Source: Paraspadella gotoi
Lineage: Eukaryota; Animalia; Chaetognatha
Assembly (NCBI GenBank): GCA_051294375.1
Contig: CM119263.1
Span: 15,726,532 to 15,790,531, forward strand
DNA length: 64,000 bases
Direction: 5' to 3'
The position numbers and the translations under genes were made by a program. This document shows positions 1 to 14,500 of the stretch, one piece after another. Each line of letters starts with the position of its first letter. The first letter of the stretch is position 1. The notes below the pieces were generated by a model. That model did no database searches. It saw only the letters and a list, made by a program, of their open reading frames with translations, and was not told the origin of the DNA.

Positions 1-28
1 ACTGGCAAAGAAACAAACAGACTAAAAC

Positions 29-63
<35 letters not shown>

Positions 64-201
64 AGAAAGAAAGAAAGAAAGAACAGAAAGAAAGAAAGAA
101 AAGAAGAAAGAAGAAGAAGAAGAAAGAAGAAAGAAAAGAAAAGAAAGACAAGAGAAAGAAGAAACGAAAGAAAGAAAAAGAAGAAAGAAAGAAAGGAAAG
201 G

Positions 202-241
<40 letters not shown>
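29..241. repeat. (AAAG)n/(AG)n compound microsatellite
   Basis: Directly visible. Confidence 0.95.
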
Positions 242-1107
242 CGCAAGAGAGTAAAAGAACGTACTCAGCTAACTCCGTACGCTCGGAACCTCCGTGAAGA
301 TTATTTGAAAACATTACGTGTTTCCCGCCGCACAGAATTATCTTTCCCGTCCCCGATCTTTTCTTCAACTTTTTTTTTATCTTTTTTTTTTGCCTTTTTT
401 TCGTTTTCTTCAAACTTTGTTTCTTTTTCTTTTCATCTACTTTTTCTCTTTACTTTTCGTTAGACTCGTTGATTCTTCTTTAAAATTAAAAGAAAAAAAA
501 GGAGCAAAACCTGAAATTTCATCCACTGGTTTTTTTTCGCGATGAAGATCAAATTTAAAGAGAAAGAATCAGTTCGATCGATTTCGCGAAATCAACTTCG
601 ATTTTCCTCGTAAACGGAAATAACGATTAGATTGCGCCACCTGATTTTTGAAATCTTATGATATAAAAAATTATACTTTCAAAACAATATATTCCTTTCT
701 AAAACAATATATTAATAATCAGTGTTAATAATCTATTTATTAGTTTCTATAAGCGGTTATTTTTGCAGTGAGTTTTTAAAATATATTTCTCGTGCTTAAA
801 ACAAAAATTTACAATCTACACGTTAAATATTGATGCCATTGAAAGATAAACGCCTCAGAAATAGAATCCATCCAAACTTTTCCTGTCAATTTTTTGACTT
901 TGCCTCCTCGTCCGCTTTTTTTTTTCCACCAATTATTATTATTTGTTTTGAAATCCGTCGAACGAAACAAAAAGACAACGGGAACAGGATAACGAATTAT
1001 TCAGATCTTGTTTTGACCGACTTTCCACACCCGGCGCTTTCAGACTGGGACAAGAACTAGTCTTTTGTTTATCTTGTCGACGACGTCGACGTTCATGATC
1101 GTTTCTC

Positions 1108-1170
<63 letters not shown>

Positions 1171-1171
1171 A

Positions 1172-1206
<35 letters not shown>
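1108..1206. repeat. (CGA)n microsatellite
   Basis: Directly visible, with one interruption. Confidence 0.97.
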
Positions 1207-1538
1207 TAGAAATCTCGACCCAAGCAGGGGACCAAAAAATACAAAGGGATCACGCGAAGAAGTTAATTGCGGAGACGGAGGTAAGCAATCTCTCGCACCT
1301 GGCGGGTGTAGGAGGTGAGGCAGGGTCAGGTCGATACGAGGGGGCGCCCTGATTTCGATCTAATACAAACTACAAATAGGGAGGAAAACTGACAGACGGT
1401 GCTTGGTGGTTTTTATTATTTGCTCATTTAAAATTAAAAAAAAAAAAATTATTACATCCTATCCTTCTCGAGTTCGAACGAGCTTTCTGTACGCAGAAAT
1501 TGACCCTTTAAGAACCAAAAAAAGAAACTCAAATATTG

Positions 1539-1680
<142 letters not shown>

Positions 1681-4600
1681 TTGGATTCTGGAATCTTCCA
1701 AGAAAGAATGAGAACTTTGTGTAAGAGAATGAAGAATGATAAGAACGATAAGGAGAGTTTCTTCTCGGTAGACGGAGCGGGGTGGGTAAAAAGGTGAGTC
1801 GAGGGGTTGGGTGGACATTTGTGGGAGGGAAGAAGAAGATGGAAGATAATTAATTGTTCCTTTTAAAGCGTTGACAAATCCAATCGTTAGTGGATTAAGG
1901 GAAAGTTAATAGTTTGGTTAGTGGTAAGTTTGCTTTGATTACCGAGTAGGGGCGGATGGTGAGAAGCTGCAGGGTTGAAGGTGAGCCTTGTCAGGAAGAG
2001 AGAAAAAAAAGTGAAGAAATCTTTTTCAAGCGGCAATAAAGGGAAGAAGGCCTCCTCGTTTTATTCTCCAAATGTCACTCCTTTTCTTCTTCAGTGTGCG
2101 TTTGTGTGTTTTTTTTTTTGCAAGTTTGTGTGTGTGTGTGTTTGTTTAAAACTTCGGACAAAAATACCTCGTTGTGATACGATTGCTCTCTTTTGATTTT
2201 TCTCTTAGTTAACTCTATGATCCATTAGTATAATTGATTCGAACTTACAAAGAGCGTCAAAAAGAAATTTATGCCTTGTAGCATTTCCCATCCAGATGGC
2301 GATCGAGTAACGGAAGGAATGAATGCAACTGAGAAAATAAGAAAAACCGAATAACAATAATTTTTTTTTCTCCAAACTCATGCCAGAAAATTAATTGAAT
2401 TTATCACAGGAATGGAATACATTCTTTTCTTTTTTGTCTCTTTTTCCGCATCTTGTTTCTCCTCTTCTCTATCGCTGTCTCTTCGTCTCTCTGGATCTAT
2501 CCATCTCCCTCCCTCTATCTCCATCTCTGTCTCCATCTCTATCTTCATCTCTGTCTTCTCTTTGACGAAGATCGTTGCGCCAGGAATCGTAAAAAAGAGC
2601 GTAAAAATAGTCTACGACCGAATTGAGGGAATCAAAGGAGAGAAGTGAGAGAAGAAAGAGAAATATAAAAACGTTAAAAAAAAAAGGATGAATATAAAAT
2701 GAACTCGAAAGGGAACGAATCTAAACAAAACAAACCGAACAGCTATATGACCGTTTTGGAAAACAAACGACTGATGTATAACATAATAAAAGAAAACAAA
2801 AATGACACTTTAAAAAACCTCGGAAAAAAAAAAANNNNNNNNNNNNNNNNNNNNNNNNNNNNNNNNNNNNNNNNNNNNNNNNNNNNNNNNNNNNNNNNNN
2901 NNNNNNNNNNNNNNNNNNNNNNNNNNNNNNNNNNNNNNNNNNNNNNNNNNNNNNNNNNNNNNNNNNNNNNNNNNNNNNNNNNNNNNNNNNNNNNNNNNNN
3001 NNNNNNNNNNNNNNNNNNNNNNNNNNNNNNNNNNNNNNNNCCGCCTCGACCGCGAAAAAATGTCGTAAAGAAATTTACGGTTGTACCCCTAACTCACTCT
3101 AATTAAAAGGCGGCGTGGCCCGTATCAACGCTTTTCTCTTGGCCTCTCTCTTTCTCTTCTCTTNNNNNNNNNNNNNNNNNNNNNNNNNNNNNNNNNNNNN
3201 NNNNNNNNNNNNNNNNNNNNNNNNNNNNNNNNNNNNNNNNNNATTCTCGCTTCCTCTTAATTCCTTTCCCGATCTTTCGGTTGTAAATCATGAGTGACGT
3301 TCCGTTTTTGTTCCTCTAAAACCAGTTTCCTTTTTTCCAAAATCCGTCGAATCTTGAACGAGTTTCTTACTTTCCTTTTTTTTTTCTCTTTTCCTTTTTT
3401 TTGGCTCCCTTCTTTTTATCACTCATCAGCGACGCAGCCAACGACGAACGAAAACAAACAGTTTTCTCCCGCAAACAGTTTCGGCTGTTGAATAACAACA
3501 AAGAACTATTTTCTCGCTTCGAAACATCAACGCGACGAAAAAGGATGATTAAAAAAAATTATCGTTATTTATTGCGTTAAAATTTTGTTTGCGATATTAT
3601 GACACTTTTTTTCTTTTACTTTATTTTTTTTGCATTCTTTCTTGATTTCTTTCTTTTTTTTTTATTTTTTACTTTCTTTCTTTCCGTGACTTTTTTTTTT
3701 TCATTCGTTGCATCTTCTCTGCGTCGTTTACATATTTCATTTCCTCGCAGGAAAAGATGATTTTCTTTTTCCCCTTCCTCTTTCTTTATCACTCGAAAAA
3801 TTGGCATATTTCTCGGGAATATTGAAAATATTCGACAATATTCTGTCGTTGGCAGAATTTTTTGAGTCTCACGATGTTTTAAATATTACTATAAAACGAA
3901 AACTGATATTCAAAAAAAAATCGTTGTGAAAATTATTCCCATAACGTTTCGTTCGTTTTCACAACTTGCACTACATACGCAGTCAGCAGGACAAAAAAAA
4001 AGGATAATTTTTACTCTTTTGACTGGTACTAAATTTAAAAGAGAGAAACTATTTACCTTAAGAGTAGAGCTGACCTATTTCTCGTTACTCATTCGTTTAT
4101 TAAATTTAGAAACCAATCCAAGATAAACATGACGTCTGTTTCACTTTCTTTCAAAATAATAATTGATTTATGGCCCCGTTAAACTATATCTTTCATGGGA
4201 CTCGAGCATTGCCGCGTTTTCTCGGTTCCCATGTTTTCTTTGTTTCGTCCTGGTTTTTCCTTGTTTTCCTCAACGTCATCGTCGGCCGGTGGCCTTTAGA
4301 TGATCTCCCGGTAAGGAACTCCGAACGTTTAACGATCTTTAAGAATTCAATTGCAAAAAATTACTTCGTGCAGTGCGAGAGAGAGAGAGAGAAGAGAAGA
4401 GAAGAAGAGAGAGTGCAGAGGAGAGGAGAGAGAGAGATGAGAGAGGGGATGTGAGAGAGAGAGACAAGTAGAGAAAGAGAGAAAGAGAGAGAGCTCACGT
4501 GGCGACAACATCAGTGGGGTTCTAACGGCTTCAGAAATTCTTTGTCGTCGACGTCGGCAGAGTTTCCCCCCGATGGGGCCTAAGAATTTTTGAGCCGCAG

Positions 4601-5657
4601 CCTCCGCCGCAGTCGACGCGGCTTACGGGGCCGCGGCCGCGTCAGATGCTCACATCCGCGTACGCCGCAATCGTCTCTCACGCCCACTCGGGTTCTCGCC
4701 GGAAATGGAAAAGACAACTTTCTAATTTCTTCGACGTTTTGACTTTTGAGTTCTCGTCGACATGACATGACATTTTTCAATAAGGATCAACTTGCTCTCA
4801 TCTCAATGCTTCTCTCCCGAGACGTCATTAACGTTAACCAAGACGTCAATCGCTTCGACGCAGACGTCAATTACGTCAAGATGAAAAAAAAAAAGGCAAA
4901 CGAATGTCAGTGTCATCGGTCGTCCGCGGTCGACCGACGGCCTTTCCACGTCTACTGCCCACGATCCGGTTTTCGACGCGCGAACGCTCCCCTATCCAGA
5001 CCTCACCTTTCGATAACCTTACCCTCTGACCTTTTACCGATTCGTTCATCCACGCCTTACCCGTTGACCCTCTCTTCACAGCTTGGAAGCTTCGATCGGA
5101 GCGAGACCAACCAGTTTCCTGTCAAGGATGACAACGATGGAAACGTCGTCTTCGTCGTCGTCGTCGTCGTCGTCGTCGACGTCGTCGTCTTTGCTTCTTT
5201 CGCCAACCGACGCAACGTCTCTAAACCTCACCTCCGATCGTCAACCATTAGACGAACAAAATATTTAAAAAAAAACCAAAAAACAAACATTAAAACAAAT
5301 AAGTCTGAAAGAATAATTTTTTTTAAAAGTAATAACAAATATATTTAATGACTCAATTTTGCTATATTAAAATAATTAAAAAAAAACTCAGCATTCCTTC
5401 GATTCACCTTGAAAAATAAACAAGAGACGTCGAGCAGATGCCATCAAGATACCGGAGATGCATCGATCAGATGACGATGCGGTGCCGACCAGATGCCGAT
5501 CAAATACCGACCTTCTGCCGACGAGACTCGCCGGAGGTCGTTTATCAAAAGTCGAGAGAGATCATCTCGTTAACGAGTTTAGACGTGACATCGTAGCCAA
5601 AGAAGAGAGAGAGAGAAGAGAGAGAGAGAGGAGAGATGAGAAGAGAGAGAGAGGAGA

Positions 5658-5694
<37 letters not shown>

Positions 5695-5875
5695 AGAGAG
5701 AGGAGGATATCGGAATCACTCATCTCTTATCGCTAACCTCGCCCGTTTAGCCAAGTGATAGAGACGGTGTCAATTCGATCTAGATTCTTTGCTCGAACCC
5801 TATTCGTGAAACAACCCTCGACGAAGAAGAGATTTTCTCACCTCTCTCTTCTCTCTCTCTCTCTCTCTCTCCTTC

Positions 5876-5920
<45 letters not shown>

Positions 5921-5944
5921 CTCCCTCTCCTCCTCTCTCCTCTT

Positions 5945-5980
<36 letters not shown>

Positions 5981-6196
5981 GGCACATCTCGGTGCTCATT
6001 ACAAAAGTGGTTATTCAATTTATAGAATTCTATTGAATTACTGTTAATTAAAATACTCTTTTATCAAATTTCAGGTGTCGCGGAAACAAAGCTTTCGACG
6101 AAGACGCCTCGTCGAACAAAAGAATAAACATGATTAAAAATTGAAGGAGCCTCGAATCTACATCTAGATGTTCTAAGTCGACACCACAAGGTTAAA

Positions 6197-6275
6197 TCGG
6201 CGCCCAAAATTGACCAGATCGACGCCCAAAATACCAAGGATCGGCGCCAAAAATACCCCGAATAAGCGCCGAAGT
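6197..6275. repeat. Roughly 22-bp minisatellite, about 4 copies
   Basis: ATCGGCGCCCAAAAT.. units in tandem. Confidence 0.65.
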
Positions 6276-8694
6276 CGAAGCACGATAAATCGGATCGAAT
6301 ACTCGTGTAAAAAATCGGCGCCCTCTCAATGACAAATTGGCGTCCTTCTACCCTAAATCGCCCAAACGAAGCGGAGACGAAAACGCGAAGAAATTGGCGA
6401 CGACCCTAATCCGCTTTTTTCCGCTTCGAGTTTCCGCTTTTTCCGCTTCGAGCGAATCCGCGCAATCCGCGGAAAAGAGGCATCGGCTCGATATATATCT
6501 AATGCTTCCTAAATCCTCAGTCTGTGAAATTGGCGACGTCTGGCCAATGATTTTGAATGGTGATTTTTAAGCAATGAGTCGCCTCTTAGTTTATTCGATT
6601 GTGATCCGGTGATGTTTTAAGTCTCAAATCTAACGTCGGCCTCCTCTCAGCTCGCATCCTCCGCGTCTTTAACGGCCATCGTCGACGATCGTCTTCAGCC
6701 GACCCAAACCTTTCGCTCCCGTTAATAATTTCGTATTCGTTTCGCGTGAGACGCTTCGTCCTCTCTCCATCCGTCCACTTCACAAAATTCGATGTTAGTA
6801 GAAAAAGAACAAAAAAAGAAAACCAAGGACACCGAAATAACGTTAGAAAAAACTCTGTAGGAAAAGAAGAGGTTCTTTAGCTTCAAAAAGAAAAAAAAAT
6901 CTACGTAGAAAAAAAGGTTTGGGCGCCGAAAAGAAAAACATGATTTACTCGAAAAAAGTTGTTCCGGTTTTTTTGTCTCAGAAGCGGCGCCATCGCCCGG
7001 AGAGAAAGGACGCCGCGCCGCCCTTCCACTTTCGCAACCACTGCGTTGCGGTGGAAGTGAATACTTCGATTCCACTCCCAAACGCGAAAGGAGTTGACGA
7101 TTCCAGGGCAAATCCACCGTCCTTCTAACTCTTTTATTAACGAAAACTAGGGTTCCTCTGAAAAAAAAAGGGACCCCTGCCGAGCACCCCATGACTAGCA
7201 CCCCCGCCATCACGTCACCATCGTACTTTTCGGCGTAACAGCTCAACGTAACACCCGAGGCGAACGCGCGCACCAAGAAGAAAACTCAGTTTCAATTCCA
7301 GGCGCCGGTTGGAAAAAAAGGAAACCCCGTCGACTCTCTCTCTCTCTCTCTCTCNNNNNNNNNNNNNNNNNNNNNNNNNNNNNNNNNNNNNNNNNNNNNN
7401 NNNNNNNNNNNNNNNNNNNNNNNNNNNNNNNNNNNNNNNNNNNNNNNNNNNNNNNNNNNNNNNNNNNNNNNNNNNNNNNNNNNNNNNNNNNNNNNNNNNN
7501 NNNNNNNNNNNNNNNNNNNNNNNNNNNNNNNNNNNNNCGCGCCTCCAGCCGTCTCCTCTCCCTGCTTCTATTTTTCGTTCCCTTCAAAGGTGAGTTTATT
7601 TTCGTCTCTTCTTTTCCCCTCGAGATTCGACGGGACTCGGCTTTTGGGGTAAGGCGGAGGGAACGGGGTAAAAAACAAGGCGCGAGCCGCGACGCGGAGA
7701 AAGATTCGGTGTTTGGCCCCGGGCTAAACGGGGCCGACGGGGGCCGTAGTAAAAGCCCCTTGCCTCTCGGGAGGGGGAAAGATAGTTACTCTCAAAAAGG
7801 GTTGACCCTCGTCTTCGTGACTTCGTCGTCACGTCTTGCGGGAAATTGGTCGTCGAAAAGGGACGGGGGCGGTTGTGGGCACGCCCACCTCATAAAAGAA
7901 AAAGAAAGAACGTTTTTTGGTCACGAATGTTGGTTGCATAATGCATGAAGAGAAGCAGCCAAGCAGCGAGACAAATTCCATTTCCCTCTCTCTTTCACTT
8001 TGACCAATTGGCATTCGGGTTTTTTTTTTGTTGTCGGTTTTGGGCCTGGATTTTCTTGCTTTGTGTCGGCCTAACTCTATCTTGACTCGGCCTTTGAAGC
8101 TTCGGTTTGACGCTTCGATAGTGGCGATAATGTCGGCTTCCGTCGATTGAATTAATTTTGGTCGGAGTCCGACCAAATTCAATTTTAATGGGAACAGTAT
8201 TAATCGAATCCATTATTAGTATTAGTTATTGTGTTAAAATATTTTTTTACAAAAATGTTTCGCTAATTAAAATTATTATTTTGCTATATAATGTAAAAAT
8301 TTTTTCTAGATATTTTAAGTATTCATTTGGGAAGGTTCCCAAATCAAACTTCTGACCCACCNNNNNNNNNNNNNNNNNNNNNNNNNNNNNNNNNNNNNNN
8401 NNNNNNNNNNNNNNNNNNNNNNNNNNNNNNNNNNNNNNNNNNNNNNNNNNNNNNNNNNNNNNNNNNNNNNNNNNNNNNNNNNNNNNNNNNNNNNNNNNNN
8501 NNNNNNNNNNNNNNNNNNNNNNNNNNNNNNNNNNNNNNNNNNNNNNNNNNNNNNNNNNNNNNNNNNNNNNNNNNNNNNNNNNNNNNNNNNNNNNNNNNNN
8601 NNNNNNNNNNNNNNNNNNNNNNNNNNNNNNNNNNNNNNNNNNNNNNNNNNNNNNNNNNNNNNNNNNNNNNNNNNNNNNNNAGCTATTTTATATT

Positions 8695-9047
8695 ATCTGA
8701 ATACTATATAATGTAAAAAAGAATTTTTAAAGAAATTGTATTTTTTTATAGAGCTTGAAAATTAGGAGAAGGTTATTATTACAACTTTTTGAAATTTTAA
8801 TGATTTATATATGAAAATTTAAAAAAATATAAAATTTAATGAATGATGATGATGATGATGATTTTTTAAGGTTTTTTCAAATTTTAGCCCATTTATCATT
8901 AAAATTTTTGAAATTTGTAGTACTAACCTTCATCTAACTTTTTAATCTTTATCAGAATCCATTTTTAAAAATTTAAAATTTTTAAAACAATTTTTCAGCA
9001 TTTCTTATATATTGTTAAATATTAAAAATCTTCTATGCATTCAGAAA
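8695..9047. mobile_element. AT-rich fold-back (palindromic MITE-like) remnant
   Basis: Imperfect inverted repeat: TTTTTATAGAGCTTGAAAATTAGGAGAAGGTTATTATTACAA (about 8744-8783) matches the reverse complement of about 8915-8957. Outer arms are TCTGAATA.. and ..TGCATTCAGA. Confidence 0.5.
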
Positions 9048-11579
9048 ATTAATTGAATAAAAATCTAACATCAATTTTGTTGTAAAAGGACTAAAGACTT
9101 TTATTGCAGACTTTTTCATATTGTAAAAAATGTTAAATTATGGCCCGCCTTAATAGATATTCATTGACTTTTGGACGCTTATAAAGTCTAAGGTTGTTCT
9201 TTTAACTCTTTTTAGCATTTTAATTTCTATTGACCCGCAGACCTTGAATCAATTCCTTCACCATTAAGCAACTCCCCTTACCCGAATCACATCACACTGT
9301 TCCACCAAACCGGTCTCCCCATGTACCCCGATCCTTGGTTGATCGAATCAACTCCATCCATCTATTTCCCACGACTGCACACCGCCACCAGCGACTCAAA
9401 CACATCAAGCGACTCCGAGTTTAGGATCTTCCGAGTTCTCTCATTGACTTCTCTCCTCTCTCTCTCTCTCTCTCTCGAGTCTCAGGTCCCTCGTCTCCCC
9501 TCCTCTCTCATTCTAATCTCTTCTCACGAGACTCGGTGCCGCGGTCTCGGAGTTCGTGGCCCCAGGTAAGTGATTCTCTCAGACACCTACGTGTTGAATC
9601 ACCATCTCCTTGGCAACGGACATGTGGAATGCGTCCGGGGTCATAACCTTAACATTCCTCGTCGAGGAACAGGGTTTATTTTATTTTGAAGTCCAAATAC
9701 AATTAATCTTTTGGGCAATATTTTCCAAAACTTCTGCATTTTACAGCTTAAATTCAGTAATTAAGTTTCTTTTTCATATTTAAATAATCGGAGCGCTTTA
9801 TGGGTTCTAAGGGTTGTACTCGTCGGTAGTTCTGGAAGGATTAAGGTTAGCCTAGTCGATCCTAAAGGTCGTCTTAGTAATTGTAGGGATTTGGAAGACG
9901 AGGTTTAGAGTTAGAATTAGGGTTAAAGGGTTAGGCTTAAATTTTTTTAATAAAATATAGGGTTTAAATTAGCCTCAGGTTGATATTTTCACCTGATCTC
10001 AGGGGATTCTAGGGATCAGAAATTCACTGCCTATTGGAAATATATCTTTATCTCATTATGTCTAATTTCTATTGCTGATAAGAAGACGCACAAGACGTGC
10101 CAATGATGTTTATTGACCTGCATGTTAATGTTAAATATATATGACAAGGAGACGGAGCTGTACGAACACAGGTTACAGAAGACCTCAACATGCCTTCAAG
10201 ATAAGACGGCTGAGGTTAGCGCGGCTACTTGCCACAGTTCTAAACTCACCCCTGACTGCCCCTGCACATTCTCCCTTTTCTCACTCCACCATTGTACCCT
10301 GTTCTCATTTCTCCTTTACTTCCAGCTTGACGGAGATCGCTCTCTGCCTTCTCTTGGGTTCGAGGATCAGGCAAGAGAACTTCACATCTGCCAGGCAACA
10401 TCATACCCGGCCGTCGACCACCTACCAACGCTTTGACGAGGTAGTTGCTTTCCGGCGGGCGTGCACCTCAGAGGTTGGCCAAAGACCATTCACAGATCGC
10501 TCTTCGAAAAAAAGACGCCCAAGTAGGTTCTCCCTTGGTTGCTGTTGTTTAATCGTTAGAGTCAATCGCCACAAACGACTCCGTGAATTCACGATATCTG
10601 TGGGTCGACGGGCTTTCTTTACGTCCGTGACGAGGATTTAGTGTCTAACTTTTAATATTTTAATATTTTTGTCTTATCGGCGGGGAGGATTTGAGCTGTG
10701 ACTTGCAATCAGACGAATGATCTGGTCGGGTCTGTCTTTGTTTTAATAAAAAAAAATCTTATTGGTCATAAAATCTATTTTTGTACACAATATTTTGTAT
10801 GCTTCTAAATCAAAAAAAAAAATCTAATTGATAGTACAGAACAAACAAAAGGCGAATGAAAAAAAATGAAAAAGTGTGCATTTTTTTTATCTTGAATGTT
10901 ATAAAATGTTATATGATCATGTGGTACAGACCAATATAAAAATTATCTGCATAAATATACACTAAATAAAATAAATAATAAACTAATAAAAATAAATAAT
11001 AAATACAAAAAAAAATTTAAAAAAATATATATTAGTTCTCTTTTGAAGTAATTATAACCTTTTAAAACGCTTTTTTAACATTAACATTTTGCGATTTTTC
11101 ATATGCAGAAAGGCGCGCCAGCCGTCTGGGATCGCAGCTTCCGTCAGCAATGGATTCAGGTAAATAAAAAAGATCCAATAAATATTTCTATCATATAATT
11201 AATTATATACAATTAATATTAGTTTTTTTAAAAACAGTACTAATTTTAAATCTTTAGTTTTTAATCACTTTTTTGTTAATATTTTTTAAGTTCCCTCCAC
11301 TATACCACTCGGACGAGAATCAAACTTGCACCACGCACCTCAACCACCTCGTCACCGCCCGCCACCCACCAGCCAACTCTCAAAATAGGGACCACCATAC
11401 TTGAGGTGCATAGACCGTCCCTCCACTCCGCCTCGCTCTTCTCCTCCTTCTTTTTCCTTCCTCCGCCGTAGATCCTCGCTGCCTGCTCTCCCTATTCTCC
11501 TCTCTCGCTTCATAGCCGCCTCCCTCCTTTCTCCTCCGTCGACTCTTCCCCTGCCTACATCATTCCTCTTTCCTTCCAG

Positions 11580-14500
11580 CGAGTGTCCGGCGGCGGCGTG
11601 CTTTCTGTCCGCCTGCGTAGGCCGGCTGCCCGTCTCCTCCCCGCCCCAATGCTCTTCTCTCCGGTCCCGTTCGCTCCTCCCCGCCCATATTACGCCGCCG
11701 GACACCATGGAGAGACGGACCGGCGGCGAATCCGGCGTCGACAACGTCTCCTCAGTCTCGGCGAGCTTTTCGGCGCCGGCGAGTCGAAAAGCAGAATCGC
11801 CCGATTCTTCCACTCTCGGCACTTCTCACGTCGCCCAAGCGCGCTCGACCGACGCCGAAAAACGGCGACACTGGGAGGCCTCTCGGTCTCATCGCCTTCG
11901 GACGGCCAAAGTTTCCGTGAGCGGCGCCGGTGCCAGCGTCTGCGCGGCGTCGGCCCGGCGGTTCAAAGAGCGCCGGACCCCTCTAAGAGTCGCGCGATGC
12001 ATGGAATCTGGGCGGATTCCGCATGAGAGATTCTGTGGCAACCGGAAGCAGGAATCCTTCGAAGGCGACCGACGTCGCCTCCGATCAATAATAATCACGT
12101 GGCTGCCCTGGACGCCAGATGGGTCGCGGCTTCCAGCCGGCGGACGAACCGTGGCTCGCGGACGGTCGAAGTTCGACTGGAGGCGGGCGCACGGTTCGAT
12201 CTTCGACGAGAAAATTCCTCCCTATCCGGGACTACGGGCCTGTAAGGTCCGCCTCGCCGCTGACGCCTCCTCGTGGCCGATCCGATTCCGCCGCGCTCGC
12301 CGCAAATCGGGACAGGCCAGCAGCACGCCGCCGCAGCCTGGCCCGTCAAAAACGTCGCAGGCAGCGGCGGGAGGGACGATCTGAGCAAAAGAAACATAAT
12401 GATATAAGATTACTTCGAACGACGACGACGCTAAACGAGAGCGAAAAAACGACCGACAGCGATCGACGAATACAGTCGCCGCCAAAGAAGTTCGCGCACT
12501 TTGATCGCTCTCGTGCTCGCTAAATCTCATTCCGCGCAAGTCAGTTGGCCTGGTGTTCTTCAGTTTCTTGTTATATCTCATGCTTTCCTCGATCTCCGTG
12601 AATGTTTGGAATTTCAGTCGTCGTGCATCGGCGTCTGTCTTCGTCAAAGTGCCGACGCTTTTGTGCGCCGACGAAATCGACCGGCCGGATTTGAGACTTA
12701 AAATCATCGAGCCGTTCGGAGGCGGCGGCGGTACGGCGTCGGCGTCATGGAGTACGTCGAAGCGGCAAAAGAGAAGGAACCGATCCAGGTTCGGCGAGAT
12801 CGGTGTCGCCGCCTACGCCACGACAGCCACCGAAAGAACGGCGCGTTGAGTTCCCAAACCTTTCGTCAAAGCTCATGGAGAGACCTGAGGCATGCGTATC
12901 GGGTCCTCGTCCTCTTTCTCGTCGCGCTCTCTCTCCGGCGGATATGTGGCCTCTCGAACGAAACCCTCGGCGGCGACACGACCTGTTCAGGGACGACGAC
13001 GGGGGACGAAATCTTTGAGCGTTCCAAATCACCGACGGCTTTCAGAAAAATGCGCCGCAAAGATCAACGCCCACTCATCACACGCAATTCGGTATTCGGA
13101 TTCCTCAGAAAAGTCGCGACCGTTTGGGGTAACCTCGGGTGAAAGCGACGCCGCGAAAGTGGAAAAGGAATTCGCGATCTAACCAGCAGAGAAATACCGG
13201 AGTCACTTCAAACAAAAGTCAAACGTTTGAGACAAGTCCCCTTGGAGCAAATTATATTGGCAATCAAACGAAATCATTCGGCGGATGCGTAAAAAGACAG
13301 TCAGCGGCCTGTTGACAAGGGACAAAAGAAACAACTCCGAAAAATCAATGGCCGACGACCGTTCAAAAAAAAAACTTCATTAGCTGCCTGTCAAAATCTT
13401 TGACGAAAAAGGGACAGTGACTGTGAGTCAGCAGGGAATAATGTTTGGCTTGAAAGTTCGAAAGCGACAGTTAGCAATAGGCGAAAACGAACCTGTCTCC
13501 TTCGGGCAAAAATCAAGCAGTGTTGCTCATTCAGCGTATCGACACTATTACAGCTTTATCTACTGGTGCGCGGCGGGCGAGCTTCCACGAAATTGACAGT
13601 CTGTTCTTTCCCAAGGCAAGAAATCTCTGCATGGATATCTTCCCTCGAACACTCGGTTGTCCCTCTTCCAGATAAATTTAAATATTGTTCGACGGGCTCC
13701 GCCAGCTACCCCAGCAAAGTCATGTCTGTTGAGGGACCCAATTACAGCTCAGTCAAAAAGCTTTGAACTTGAAATCCCCCAAACCGGTTATTACACTCAG
13801 CAAAAAAATCGACTGCCGATACTTTCCAAAAGCATTTAGATACTACCCATCAGCAAAATCACTTATTTCATACTCCAAAAACAACGGTCTGTATGCTATC
13901 CTACAAATCAACTGTTGATAGTCGCAACACGGTCAGTCATACTTTTCCAGCAAAATATTACCTACTGATGCTATGCAAACAGACTGTATACTACAGCAAA
14001 TTAGCTACCCCAAACACAGCAAAACGCGTCCTATTACTGTCTCGGCCGACTCTATAAAACCATAATGTCAAACGTTTCAGCCACCATCCAGCAAAACGAA
14101 AACCATATGTCAACTTTCAGGCCGAAAACAACAAAACCATCTGCTAGCTACTTTCCAGCTGGACACAATAAAACGCATCTGTAACTTCCAGCCCGACACA
14201 ACAAAACCGTCTTTCAAAACCGATCCCATCAAAAATCATTTGTGCGAACGCTGAAATGTCATCCGTGGTCTCCTTCCGGGCGAAACCGACGCGTCTCTTC
14301 GGACGCAGATTTGCGGCAAAAACCGACAACGACAACAACAAGCGAGCCACAACGGTCGACGTAAGCGCCATGCACGAACGAGGACTCGTGACGAGACGGA
14401 CGTCAACGACGGCGACGCCTTCGAGCTGCGCCTCTCAGAAGGCCGAGGGCGCCGCGACCCAACGCGCGGATGCCGGTCAAAAGCGAAGGTCTAAGGTCAA

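Noticed and set aside
1060-1286. Poly-Asp or poly-Thr exon ending at a GTAAGC donor
   Set aside because: The open frame is explained by the (CGA)n microsatellite, and there is no good in-frame acceptor.
9900-9965. Telomere-like TTAGG/TTAGGG words
   Set aside because: Only 3-4 irregular copies in noisy sequence, not an array.
10020-10660. Candidate 5' LTR or gag of the retroelement
   Set aside because: No matching copy is visible near 19.3-19.7 kb, and no PBS or CCHC knuckle was found.
11401-12384. 327-aa ORF as an intact gene
   Set aside because: Only its C-terminal part is in the pol frame, the N-terminus is pyrimidine-rich low-complexity sequence, and no RT catalytic motif is present.
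13680-14215. Possible CRISPR-like array
   Set aside because: The units are directly tandem and degenerate, with no unique spacers and no cas genes, in a eukaryotic context.
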